Source: TPA_inf: Saccharomyces (Eukaryota). From it: 64,000 nucleotides of DNA. The position numbers and the translations under genes are program-made. Positions within the stretch are counted from its first letter, which is position 1; each line of letters opens with the position of its first letter. The stretch covers positions 544,001 to 608,000 of the forward strand of contig BK006948.2 in NCBI GenBank assembly GCA_000146045.2, read 5' to 3'. Below, piece after piece: positions 22,387 through 33,626 of this stretch. The notes beneath the pieces are model-generated. The model saw only the letters and a program-made list of their open reading frames with translations. It was not told the origin of the DNA and ran no database searches.

Positions 22387-22876
22387 ATTTGTCAGCATAG
22401 CTGTAATAATCAATCATGACGTAAGAAATGTATCATAATTAAAAGTTGTTAAAGATGTCAGTGTTATGTTGGTGTTACAAAATTCTCGGCTTCTCACTAA
22501 TATTTAATATCTCTTAAATTTTATCTGTCTTTGATTCTTTTAAGAAAAGTTATGTATTATTCAAGAAAAAGTCAATTCCGCATCAAAAGGTAAAATTTAT
22601 ATAAACTGCTTTAAAATTTCATGAAACTAGGCAACTTTTCGAAATGATCTTTTTCGAGCATGAAGTTTCTTTTATAATAACCTGGTCAAAAGCTTTCAAT
22701 ATATAATACATTTGGTATTTACGGAAATGAGATGATATACTGGTAGTGCGCTAGTCAAGTTCTAATTAAATTAAAATGCAAAATAGTAATGTCAGATGGA
22801 CACATTGGGCGAAATAGCTAACCCATAAGCATGAATCCTGTAACTTATGTAATACGTTAATCACGATACGGCGTTA

Positions 22877-25558
22877 CTAGTCTTCCTTTTGAGTGGTTTC
22901 TAATGTAGATTCTTGTTGTTCGTTAATTTGCTTCAAGCCGTTTAGCATTCCTGATTCGTTTGAAGATAGAGGAACAGATGCGCCAGCGAAAGATGATGAT
23001 GCAATGGTAGAGGAAGTGTTGGTCGAATCTCCCTTTTTGGAAATAAAGTGTCGTTTTGATTCTAGATAGGCTTCTCGCAATTGATTGTGGAGATACTTCT
23101 TTAAAAGGGCCATACCTATGGGATGACATTCTAACCTATAGAGTAATTTCGTAATAGCATAGCAGATTTTTGACGCCCTTCTTTCTAGTAGAGGAGAAGC
23201 CCTTAGCTTGGGTGAGATGACTGAGGATGCGTTTGTAAATTCGGGATAATTGGAATTTCCAGTACCCTGCCCATTACCTCCCAGAATCCTTATATTAGGG
23301 CGTGTACTCAGTTGTAAAAACTGTCTCAATGAAGAAGATTGAGCAATTCTGGTCAAATACGTTCTTCTCCTGGACAGAGATTTTGTGAAGGGCAAATCCT
23401 GCCCACTTTCTTTTGTAATAAATGTGAGGAAAAACGCCAAGATATCAAAACTGTAAATTTGAGTAAAAAGATCTATTGCTGATACTATAACACCGTGGGG
23501 ATCTTTTTCGATGCCCATATAGCTGTTAAAATTATCGAAACCCTGACGCACTTCGCTTTCAAAACTCCACCTAGAAATATTATCACCGTGTAACTGAGCT
23601 GTGGGTAATATTTTGAACGGAGAATAGTTCAAACAAGCGTTTAAAAACTTCTCAATGTTTGTCCTGCTTACCGATACCATGCGAAACAGCTCTTTAACAA
23701 TGTCCAATATTTGGCTTAATTGGGAATATATTTGCTCTGTGGAAAATAACTGGCATGTGTTTCCTAAGCTAAATAAACAATTATCCAAGTTAGACAATAG
23801 TTCAATACTATGCAGTGTAAAATAATCAAAGAACTCCGGGAAAATGAAAAAATCTTTATAAAACATGATATATTCATCTTTTAGTGCTATATTAGGTGGA
23901 ATTTCTCGTCTTTTCAAAGCGTCCAGAAGGTTTTCCAACTGAAGAACATTCAGCCTTCTCAAAACGCTCATGATAGTATCACTATCATGATATTCGTCGA
24001 TAAGAAGAGAAAAGAGCTTCTGGCCCAAGTTTACCTGACTTTCGTTGACTGCGTTGGTTGAGAAATGAGGCCTATTGAATATCTTTCTCAAAGGGTTAGG
24101 CCCAATCTTCACTTCTGCCACTGTATCTGGCTTTTCTTTTTCTGGACTATTATTTTCATAAAACACTCCCTCATCCACATCGTAGTAATAATCCCAGATA
24201 TCTAACTGGTATCGGAAAATTGGATTGGCAGTTCCGATAATTGCAAAGCATCCGACAAAATCACTATTCGATGCTACATACGCCCGCAAACCGTCAACAA
24301 GAGAAATGTCCATATAGGGAAAAATCAACGCAGCATTTCCTTTGAAGTATGATTGTGGATCGCTAGCATAAGTTGCCGTTATGTTGGCTAATGACAAAAT
24401 AAAAGCGCATAGGTCTTCTTTACTCAGTTTAGTTGAATTGATGACTAACTTCCATGCATTAACTTTTTGTCCGGCTTTAAGAAGGTAAGGGACAAATTTA
24501 TCCAAAAATTTTAAAACTAGTTCATTATAATCATTTTCAATATAAATAGGCTCTCTTCTAATCATATTAAATTGCAATGGGATTTTTAACAAAAATGGCG
24601 GGAGCGTCTTTGGCTGAAATCTTGTAAAATGATATTGAATGAGTTGGTCATGAAAAGTCACAATGTTACCATACTTGTCCTTAGTGTCAAATCCATTGAT
24701 GCAAAAGAGTTTCTTTAAAGTGGAATCCGGGTCTAAAAATACTTTGGTAATGATAGATTCGTCATGGATAGAGTGTAGCACTTCTTGTATACTACTTTTG
24801 GAATGTATGTCATTAATCAATGTAAGGTCAATACTGTTTAGCATATTAAAGCAATCAAGCAGTATGTCTGTAGCAGCAGCTTGAGTGGGAGCTTTCATAT
24901 ACAAGTCTAACACTAATACAATAATATTTTTGAATGCAAAGAAGGTTTTTAATGGTGTTCCGATGGCAATCGACTTGATTACTGCCCCTCTATCGTTCGT
25001 GGTGTCTAATACTGTGTTGGCGACATTTATGAAAAATAAAGGTTCGTTGTCGATGGCTTTCTGATTATTCTGAACTTCCTGGCATTCGAGCTCATCATCT
25101 TCCAAGACAATAGTGTATCTATTATTTTTTGCATCTTGATGATTTTCGGCATCGTAATATATGCTATTGGTAACACTACCATCTGACTGTTCACGATGAT
25201 GCAGATTGAAACTGAAACGAGGGTCTTTTGGCACAGGAAAGAGTTGATAGTTTTGAGTAAACTTATTGTAATAAAGGGTAAACACTGTAATATCTTGTTT
25301 GCCGGGATTTCTCTCTATGCTACTCGGTATCATTAAACTTGCCAAGTTCATAGACACCGACGTATTGCCGTTGCGTTGCTCATGTGAGAACTGATTGAAA
25401 CCTGGAATATCTTTCGGGTATTGGTGCTTCAAAATAGGACCTAATTTATTATCAAATTCTGCGGATATTATATAGCTGACATTCGGCCTTTCAAAAGGAA
25501 AGGATTCATTTTCTATCGACCTGTTGCTGATAGAGTTATTTAGTTCTCTTCGCAACAT
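22877..25558 (-). CDS. AFI1: Arf3-interacting polarisation protein (AVL9/DENN-like)
   Basis: 893-aa ORF whose length and sequence match YOR129C at the expected position. Confidence 0.85.
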   Translation of the reverse strand: MLRRELNNSISNRSIENESFPFERPNVSYIISAEFDNKLGPILKHQYPKDIPGFNQFSHEQRNGNTSVSMNLASLMIPSSIERNPGKQDITVFTLYYNKFTQNYQLFPVPKDPRFSFNLHHREQSDGSVTNSIYYDAENHQDAKNNRYTIVLEDDELECQEVQNNQKAIDNEPLFFINVANTVLDTTNDRGAVIKSIAIGTPLKTFFAFKNIIVLVLDLYMKAPTQAAATDILLDCFNMLNSIDLTLINDIHSKSSIQEVLHSIHDESIITKVFLDPDSTLKKLFCINGFDTKDKYGNIVTFHDQLIQYHFTRFQPKTLPPFLLKIPLQFNMIRREPIYIENDYNELVLKFLDKFVPYLLKAGQKVNAWKLVINSTKLSKEDLCAFILSLANITATYASDPQSYFKGNAALIFPYMDISLVDGLRAYVASNSDFVGCFAIIGTANPIFRYQLDIWDYYYDVDEGVFYENNSPEKEKPDTVAEVKIGPNPLRKIFNRPHFSTNAVNESQVNLGQKLFSLLIDEYHDSDTIMSVLRRLNVLQLENLLDALKRREIPPNIALKDEYIMFYKDFFIFPEFFDYFTLHSIELLSNLDNCLFSLGNTCQLFSTEQIYSQLSQILDIVKELFRMVSVSRTNIEKFLNACLNYSPFKILPTAQLHGDNISRWSFESEVRQGFDNFNSYMGIEKDPHGVIVSAIDLFTQIYSFDILAFFLTFITKESGQDLPFTKSLSRRRTYLTRIAQSSSLRQFLQLSTRPNIRILGGNGQGTGNSNYPEFTNASSVISPKLRASPLLERRASKICYAITKLLYRLECHPIGMALLKKYLHNQLREAYLESKRHFISKKGDSTNTSSTIASSSFAGASVPLSSNESGMLNGLKQINEQQESTLETTQKED

Positions 25559-25928
25559 CCGGTAGCCAAAAATGTTTGCGTACCAAAGACTCTAACAGTG
25601 GGCGGTACTATGCTTGATCTTGATTTTATAGAGCTTGCACTTTTATAGAAGAACCATTGCTACCTAGACAGTTTTTTTTGTTTACATTCGAATCATTTTT
25701 TTTTTTGCATTTAGTTAAATCCGAAGTCCTGACTAGATAATTTACTGTCAGAGAATAGTAGCATCTATGCAAGAAACTGGTATACAATAGTCGAGAGGTT
25801 GTTGTAAAAAACACAAAATACTAACACAAAGCCTGGCTGTTGAGATTGTGCGACATTCTTGATCAGTAAATGGTATTACAGACTGTCTATCAATGTTACA
25901 TACTTGCTTATTACACGATTTATTGTAT

Positions 25929-26807
25929 TTAAAGTGCAGAAAGAGTCTCAAAGATGTAAAAAACTGCAGCGTTTGCTGGTACTGCCCTAAAAAGGGTTAT
26001 ACCCAGTCCTCGATAAAAACCCTTTAGTCCAAATTTGCCAAATATCTTCTTCACCGCATTGGTGAGGCTTATATGTTCAGTTTGCATTACTGATTTCACA
26101 GTATCCGCAGGAAAAATACTGGCGTTGAATGCCAATCCAGCGCTCCCTCCACTAATAAGTAGTTCCCATATCTTACTTTCATCTCTTTTTGGGTCATCAA
26201 GGGAGTGCCTATCTTTCAACGACTTCTTAACTATTTCGTAGGTTGCAAACCAGGCAACACCACCGAAGCTTTCTCGAATAAAAGTGCCCGATTGCCCTTG
26301 CCACAATCCTGCCAATCCTCTCTCAGTTATAATTGCTTTTATTGTAGGCAACACCTTTGTATGTTTCGTTTTAGCTGATGCAACTTGTAAGTTCGCAACC
26401 TGCAACTTACACTTCACCAGCTCCACGGGTGTCAAAACTAAACTAGCACATGAACCCGCTACTCCACCAGAGATCAGGATTTGCCCCAACGGGGAAACGT
26501 TTGTATGTTTTTCTAAAAATTTAGAACATTGGTTATAAGACACAAATAATGTCGCGTTCTCCAGACATGCTCCAACTAAAGGTGAAGCAATGCCTTGAAA
26601 AAACCCTCGTGCTATTCCTTCATTTTGGTAAGTAAATTTTATACAAGACCATGTTGTTGGGAACACGTTGGATGCTTGTGTTTGCAACCTGACTTTCACA
26701 GTATCGAAAGGAAACTCGATCACCTTACCACAGGCGCCTGCAATGGAACCGTTTATTATATCGAGTATAGCGCCTTCTATTAATCCTTTCTTTTTACTGT
26801 CCTCCAT
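25929..26807 (-). CDS. ORT1: Mitochondrial ornithine carrier (mitochondrial carrier family, three repeats)
   Basis: 292-aa ORF with three mitochondrial-carrier repeats (PFDTVKVRLQ-type signatures). Matches ARG11/ORT1 (YOR130C). Confidence 0.93.
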   Translation of the reverse strand: MEDSKKKGLIEGAILDIINGSIAGACGKVIEFPFDTVKVRLQTQASNVFPTTWSCIKFTYQNEGIARGFFQGIASPLVGACLENATLFVSYNQCSKFLEKHTNVSPLGQILISGGVAGSCASLVLTPVELVKCKLQVANLQVASAKTKHTKVLPTIKAIITERGLAGLWQGQSGTFIRESFGGVAWFATYEIVKKSLKDRHSLDDPKRDESKIWELLISGGSAGLAFNASIFPADTVKSVMQTEHISLTNAVKKIFGKFGLKGFYRGLGITLFRAVPANAAVFYIFETLSAL

Positions 26808-27489
26808 TATACGTTGACCTTCCAGAATTTGAGTTCCCTATAGGTTAAAGAAAAGTTTCTACGACAAAGCATCTACGCTTTAACAATTAACTATACCCGT
26901 GCTTCGATAATTTCACACTTTTCTGAATCTATCGACGCCAGGAGCAGAGAACTTATCATTGGCGATTCTTGACGCTGCGGCCACAGCGGCCACAGCGGAA
27001 AACGTATATGTCACATTTTTCGAGCTCAAGGTGAGTCACGATGCAGAACTGGAACGTACTAGGACTAAGTTGCAACGATGAAACTACAATGCTACGCTTT
27101 CTTCGTGCTAAGTACTCATTGTATCCATTAATATGGTCCACAAAAAGGGTAGGCTGCTGTTGTGCTTCATTAAGACTGGTCAAAAACACGGATCCAGCAG
27201 CAACAGCACCTGCATGGATGGAATAGGATTGGTGCTAAATCACTTGGAATTAAACACAAGGATTTTGGTCGGCAATATTATATAAATATAGTCAGATGAG
27301 TGCTTCATTTTTGTTGATAAGTATTAATGAAGATTAAGTGTGGATAATACTGTCTTTGATACTATACATTTAATGTGACGAATTGTATGACTCGTATACA
27401 TAACTACCAAAGCGTAGATCTTTAACTTATTTTCAGCACTGTCCGAAATGCTCAGTTAGCAGTTTAGTACATTCACGTTAAAACGTGTA

Positions 27490-27807
27490 TGTTCGAATAA
27501 AAATCAACTCACTCATCGACTGATATTCATACTACTGGTATATTGTCATACGGTGTAAGAAGATGACATAAAATCGAAAAACAATGGTAAAGTATAATGG
27601 CAACTGAAATGCAAGGATTTGATAACGTCATAAAATGATGAAAAATATAAAATGGAGGGAGAAGTAACAGGTACGTAGAAATATTGGTTCCCTTTATGGA
27701 TCCCTATATCATCGTGCAGAACTTCTCGTATATTCGATATACCTAAATTATAGCCCTTAACAATAATGAAATCCTAACGATTATCCCGAAAATTCACCTA
27801 TTTCTCA
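27490..27807 (+). mobile_element. Degenerate solo delta (Ty1/Ty2 LTR), about 318 bp, ending about 150 bp upstream of tD(GUC)
   Basis: Starts TGTTCGAATAAAAATCAACT and ends TTTCTCA. Internal blocks (ATACGGTGT..AGATGAC, GCTGAAATGCAAGGATTTGATAA, CTTTATGGATCCCTATATC, AGAACTTCT, ATACCTAAATTATAGCC) align with the delta consensus, with many substitutions. Confidence 0.7.
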
Positions 27808-27957
27808 GTATATGAAATGTACATTAACGTAAACACTCATCTTGCTACCATCATTATTTATATTGACATTAATGATCACTTGCTGCAACATTTTTTTATT
27901 TTTTCAAATCATATGAAACAAGTATTAATAAAAACACCGTTAACCCAACAATTAAAA

Positions 27958-28029
27958 TCCGTGATAGTTTAATGGTCAGAATGGGCGCTTGTCGCGTGCC
28001 AGATCGGGGTTCAATTCCCCGTCGCGGAG
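27958..28029 (+). tRNA. tD(GUC): tRNA-Asp (anticodon GUC), 72 nt, no intron
   Basis: Sequence TCCGTGATAGTTTAATGGTCAGAATGGGCGCTTGTCGCGTGCCAGATCGGGGTTCAATTCCCCGTCGCGGAG is the canonical yeast tRNA-Asp, the classic crystallised species. It is followed by a T-run Pol III terminator. Confidence 0.95.
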
Positions 28030-28181
28030 ATTTTTTTGCTGATTTGATGTGTTCTCGAACTTTGTGATGCCGAAAAAATCAAGGTAATTCCGCCATAGCT
28101 ACTATATTAGCTCTAAAAAACATCTAAGAATAAAATGGTATTTCAATCATATGTACATATCTAAGTAAAGTTTTTTTTTTT

Positions 28182-28853
28182 TTAGAAACTTTCTTTATTC
28201 ATATTTTGAATCAATTCAATTATTTCGGAAAGATCCTCTACTGAAACGTCTACTAGTTCTTTATGTTCGAGCAGTAAATGTCCATTCACATGATTCTTGA
28301 GTAATACCGTGAAACATCCAGCAGATCTACCGGATTTCATGTCGTCAAATGAATCTCCTACCATGATCATTTCCAAGGGCCTTATATTTAGCTTCGAGGC
28401 GATGTGTAATAATGGGTCTGGTTGCGGTTTTGTAGGCCTAAACTCCCTTGTCACAATATAGTCAAACCTCGAAAGCTCGGATGGAATAAATCTTTTAACA
28501 AAAGTCTCTACCGGGGCTCCGACATTTCTAGTACATATGTTCTTGCTAATACCATTTTTCGTCAAATACCTCATTATGTCAACCAGACCAGGCTGCGGTT
28601 GCATCTCCTTCATGGCTTTTGCCTCAACTAATTCTATTCTATCATGCGCTTCTTTTTTTTCTTTTTCTGTGGGCAATGTATCAATGAAATGAAGGATATC
28701 AATCGATTTGTCCTCCAATCCTATGGCGTTTCTCATTGCTGGAAACATCCAAGGCTGGGGTAGGCATAATGTGCCATCCATATCAAATACAACCGCTTTG
28801 ATGTGTTTTAATCCCTGTAGTCCTTGTAGCTTTGTCATTATTCTGTGATACAC
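28182..28853 (-). CDS. HAD-superfamily hydrolase of unknown substrate. Annotated start is probably the second Met (MTKLQG, 28838).
   Basis: 223-aa ORF with HAD motif I VVFDMDGTL and motif IV GDSFDD. Consistent with YOR131C. Confidence 0.8.
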   Translation of the reverse strand: MYHRIMTKLQGLQGLKHIKAVVFDMDGTLCLPQPWMFPAMRNAIGLEDKSIDILHFIDTLPTEKEKKEAHDRIELVEAKAMKEMQPQPGLVDIMRYLTKNGISKNICTRNVGAPVETFVKRFIPSELSRFDYIVTREFRPTKPQPDPLLHIASKLNIRPLEMIMVGDSFDDMKSGRSAGCFTVLLKNHVNGHLLLEHKELVDVSVEDLSEIIELIQNMNKESF

Positions 28854-29174
28854 TTTCAGTGACTATTGAACCGTATATATTGCCCGACTATCCTAATGAT
28901 TGTGTTAGCGGCACCTGGCGATTGAGTCGAACACCCTGATATTTCGTTATAAGATATATATGACTTTTCTGGTTTTTTCGTTTTCTTTACACTTTTTTCC
29001 ATAGCACGCGTTCAAAGCCTAATTTTGTAGAAAGGGGACGTTTTCAAGAGTGATTGAACTAGTTGAATATACTGTTTTGGTTTTGGTAAACGCCAAAATA
29101 GTTTGTTTTGAAAAGCTGATCTAATTTTTTTTTGCCGTACTGTACCCTTAGTCAATCCATCTATCCTCTGAACA

Positions 29175-30830
29175 ATGACTTCGGCTGTACCTTATGATCC
29201 ATATGATGATCTGGATAACAATCCATTTGCTGAGCCCCAGGAGGAAGATTCTGAACCTGCTGCAACAACCACAGATGGATCATCTTCTATGTCAGAGGAG
29301 CGTGTAGGTACTGAGCAAACTGCAGCTTCCGTTCAGGACAACGGAACTGCAAATAACATTCAAAATGGTCTTGGTGAAGAAGGAAACGCAACACGATCAA
29401 AAACTTCAAACGAACACAATGAAAACCAACAACCATCTCAACCATCAGAACGTGTTATACTTCCTGAAAGAAGTGATGAGAAAAAAAAATACACTCTACT
29501 TGCAAAAGTAACAGGATTGGAACGATTTGGATCTGCAACCGGTAAGAAAGAGAATCCGACTATTATATTTGATTGCTCCACAAATTTGCCAACATTTCGC
29601 AAACAACAATACAAGAATGTCAAAAAATCATACGAAGAATTCCACCAATTGTTCAAATATCTGAATGTTGCCATTCAGGAATCTTTTGTTCCTACTCTTC
29701 CCTCTGCGTATACTACATTCGGAATTAATAGCGAAGAAGATAGGATGAAAGTAACGCGAAATTTCCAACTTTGGTTTAACAGGCTATCGCAAGACCCCTT
29801 AATTATTCGGAATGAAGAAGTGGCCTTTTTCATTGAAAGTGACTTTAATACGTACACACCCATCAACAAGTCCAAATCACTCGCATCTGGGTTGAAAAGA
29901 AAAACATTGAAACAATTAGCACCTCCATATGATGAAATCACAGAATTAGCAGAATTCCGGCCATTAGTCAAGTCTATATATGTTGTTTCTCAGAGCTTGC
30001 AAGAAAAACTGCTAAGAGTTTCCAGAAATCGCAAGATGATGGTTCAAGAAGAAAATGCCTTCGGCCAGGATTTCGTTAATCTAGATGAGCACAATAAACT
30101 TTACAGAAGATACGGTAAAATATTGACTGCTGTGGGTGATATTGATAGCATTATAGCAACCATGGACATGGCGACATTGTACGATGGTTTAGAGTGGATT
30201 GTCAGAGATGCTTATGCCGTGAAGGAAGCATTGACCAACAGGCATTTTATCATGCGAAATCTAGTACAGGCACAGCAGAATTCAAAGGCGAAACAGGAAC
30301 AAGCACGCAGGTTCCGGTCAAGAAGAGATATTAACCCTATGAAAATCGATGAAGCACTACGTCAGTTGAAAGCTGCAGCTAAAAACGAACAAGTTTTGAC
30401 CCTTAAGCTTCAACGAATCACGTCCAACATGATTATCGAGAGAAAACAGTGGATTAGCTGGTATGAAGAATGGATAAGAAGCTCGATCAAAGAATTTACA
30501 CTAAGAAAGATAGAGTATGAAAGAAAGAAGCTGACGTTACTAGAACGAGTACGTTCTGATATCAGAAAAGCTGATGAAAACGGAGGTTTGTCACGTCTAG
30601 GACGCCATGCTGTCTCAAACAACAACTCCGATACTTCTCAAACCCTTAAAGGGGACAGTTGGACGGGAGAGAGCAACCGCAAAAGTCAAATCCCCATCAA
30701 CAAGATCGCTCATACCGAATTTGATGATGAACTATTCACTGAAGACGATGGGTACAACTCTCAGGACTCAGACACTACATCACTGAATGCGCGCCATGCT
30801 GCTTCACTTTTGGGCATGTCCACTAAATAA
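29175..30830 (+). CDS. VPS17: Retromer sorting-nexin subunit (PX + BAR)
   Basis: 551-aa ORF with a Ser/Thr/Asn-rich N-terminus, then PX and BAR-like regions. Matches YOR132W. Confidence 0.93.
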   Translation: MTSAVPYDPYDDLDNNPFAEPQEEDSEPAATTTDGSSSMSEERVGTEQTAASVQDNGTANNIQNGLGEEGNATRSKTSNEHNENQQPSQPSERVILPERSDEKKKYTLLAKVTGLERFGSATGKKENPTIIFDCSTNLPTFRKQQYKNVKKSYEEFHQLFKYLNVAIQESFVPTLPSAYTTFGINSEEDRMKVTRNFQLWFNRLSQDPLIIRNEEVAFFIESDFNTYTPINKSKSLASGLKRKTLKQLAPPYDEITELAEFRPLVKSIYVVSQSLQEKLLRVSRNRKMMVQEENAFGQDFVNLDEHNKLYRRYGKILTAVGDIDSIIATMDMATLYDGLEWIVRDAYAVKEALTNRHFIMRNLVQAQQNSKAKQEQARRFRSRRDINPMKIDEALRQLKAAAKNEQVLTLKLQRITSNMIIERKQWISWYEEWIRSSIKEFTLRKIEYERKKLTLLERVRSDIRKADENGGLSRLGRHAVSNNNSDTSQTLKGDSWTGESNRKSQIPINKIAHTEFDDELFTEDDGYNSQDSDTTSLNARHAASLLGMSTK

Positions 30831-31097
30831 TACGTATATAAAGTAGAAAATTCATACCTTTGAACAAGGTGATCTTTTTCCTTTAGTTGATATTAATCCC
30901 GGGTAAACTTCCGTGTTGCACTTTTAAAATTTTTTTTCAAATCTCACCTAGAAAATTTTTTTTTGCCATGAGCCTTCCTTTAATTAATCTCAATTGCATA
31001 CTACTGTTGTATTAAACGCTTCACTGGTTTTTTTACTTAACCCCATTTGCCAGAAAGCCAGACCTACGCACCCAAGAATTTTTAATAACAGATAAAA

Positions 31098-33626
31098 ATG
31101 GTTGCTTTCACTGTTGACCAAATGCGTTCTTTAATGGACAAAGTTACCAATGTGCGTAACATGTCCGTTATTGCTCACGTCGATCATGGTAAGTCCACTT
31201 TGACCGATTCCTTGGTCCAAAGAGCCGGTATTATTTCCGCTGCTAAGGCTGGTGAAGCTCGTTTCACCGATACCAGAAAGGATGAACAAGAAAGAGGTAT
31301 CACTATCAAGTCTACCGCTATTTCTCTATACTCTGAAATGTCTGACGAAGATGTCAAGGAAATCAAGCAAAAGACCGACGGTAACTCCTTCTTGATCAAC
31401 TTGATCGACTCTCCAGGTCACGTTGACTTCTCCTCTGAAGTTACTGCCGCTTTACGTGTCACTGACGGTGCTTTGGTTGTCGTCGACACCATTGAAGGTG
31501 TCTGTGTCCAAACCGAAACTGTTTTGAGACAAGCTTTGGGTGAAAGAATCAAGCCTGTTGTTGTTATCAACAAGGTCGACAGAGCTTTGTTGGAATTGCA
31601 AGTTTCTAAGGAAGATTTATACCAAACCTTTGCCAGAACTGTTGAATCCGTTAACGTCATCGTTTCCACCTACGCCGATGAAGTTTTGGGTGATGTCCAA
31701 GTTTACCCAGCCAGAGGTACCGTTGCCTTCGGTTCCGGTTTGCACGGTTGGGCTTTCACTATCCGTCAATTCGCCACCAGATATGCTAAGAAATTCGGTG
31801 TCGACAAGGCCAAGATGATGGACAGATTATGGGGTGACTCTTTCTTCAACCCAAAGACCAAGAAGTGGACCAACAAGGACACTGATGCTGAAGGTAAGCC
31901 ATTGGAAAGAGCTTTCAACATGTTCATCTTGGACCCAATCTTCAGATTATTCACTGCTATCATGAACTTCAAGAAAGACGAAATTCCAGTTTTGCTAGAA
32001 AAGTTGGAAATTGTCTTGAAGGGTGACGAAAAGGACTTGGAAGGTAAGGCCTTGTTGAAGGTTGTTATGAGAAAGTTCTTGCCAGCTGCCGATGCCTTAT
32101 TGGAAATGATTGTCTTGCACTTGCCATCTCCAGTCACTGCTCAAGCCTACAGAGCTGAACAATTATACGAAGGTCCAGCTGACGATGCCAACTGTATTGC
32201 TATCAAGAACTGTGATCCAAAGGCTGATTTGATGTTGTACGTCTCCAAGATGGTGCCAACCTCTGATAAGGGTAGATTCTACGCCTTCGGTAGAGTTTTT
32301 GCCGGTACTGTTAAGTCCGGTCAAAAGGTCAGAATCCAAGGTCCAAACTACGTTCCAGGTAAGAAGGACGATTTGTTCATCAAGGCCATTCAAAGAGTTG
32401 TTTTGATGATGGGTAGATTTGTCGAACCAATCGATGACTGTCCAGCCGGTAACATTATCGGTTTAGTCGGTATCGATCAATTCTTGTTGAAGACTGGTAC
32501 TTTGACCACCAGTGAAACTGCTCACAACATGAAGGTCATGAAATTCTCTGTCTCTCCAGTTGTGCAAGTCGCTGTCGAAGTCAAGAACGCTAACGACTTA
32601 CCAAAATTGGTCGAAGGTTTGAAGAGATTGTCCAAGTCTGATCCATGTGTCTTGACCTATATGTCTGAATCCGGTGAACATATCGTTGCTGGTACCGGTG
32701 AATTGCATTTGGAAATTTGTTTGCAAGATTTGGAACACGACCACGCTGGTGTTCCATTGAAGATCTCCCCACCAGTTGTCGCTTACAGAGAAACTGTTGA
32801 AAGTGAATCTTCTCAAACTGCTTTGTCCAAGTCTCCAAACAAGCATAACAGAATCTACTTGAAGGCTGAACCAATTGACGAAGAAGTCTCTTTGGCTATT
32901 GAAAACGGTATCATCAACCCAAGAGATGATTTCAAGGCCAGAGCTAGAATCATGGCTGACGACTACGGTTGGGATGTCACCGATGCCAGAAAGATCTGGT
33001 GTTTCGGTCCAGACGGTAACGGTCCAAACTTGGTTATTGACCAAACTAAGGCTGTCCAATACTTGCACGAAATCAAGGATTCCGTTGTTGCTGCTTTCCA
33101 ATGGGCTACCAAGGAAGGTCCAATTTTCGGTGAAGAAATGAGATCTGTCAGAGTTAACATTTTGGATGTTACTTTACATGCCGATGCTATCCACAGAGGT
33201 GGTGGTCAAATCATCCCAACCATGAGAAGAGCTACTTACGCCGGTTTCTTGTTGGCTGATCCAAAGATCCAAGAACCAGTTTTCTTGGTCGAAATTCAAT
33301 GTCCAGAACAAGCCGTCGGTGGTATCTACTCCGTCTTAAACAAGAAGAGAGGTCAAGTCGTTTCTGAAGAACAAAGACCAGGTACTCCATTGTTTACCGT
33401 CAAGGCCTACTTGCCAGTTAACGAATCTTTCGGTTTCACTGGTGAATTGAGACAAGCTACCGGTGGTCAAGCTTTCCCACAAATGGTTTTCGACCATTGG
33501 TCCACTTTAGGTTCTGACCCATTGGACCCAACCTCTAAGGCTGGTGAAATTGTTCTTGCTGCTCGTAAGAGACACGGTATGAAGGAAGAAGTTCCAGGCT
33601 GGCAAGAATATTACGACAAATTGTAA
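31098..33626 (+). CDS. EFT1: Translation elongation factor 2
   Basis: 842-aa ORF with GTPase G1 AHVDHGKST and the diphthamide-region H in ...[12 protein letters not shown]. Extreme optimal-codon usage. Matches EFT1 (YOR133W); the EFT2 paralog is identical in protein. Confidence 0.95.

Noticed and set aside
27813-27957. Ty3 sigma element expected 16-19 bp upstream of tD(GUC)
   Set aside because: The sequence immediately upstream of the tRNA is plain AT-rich DNA with no TGTTGTATCTCAAAATGAGA-type sigma terminus.
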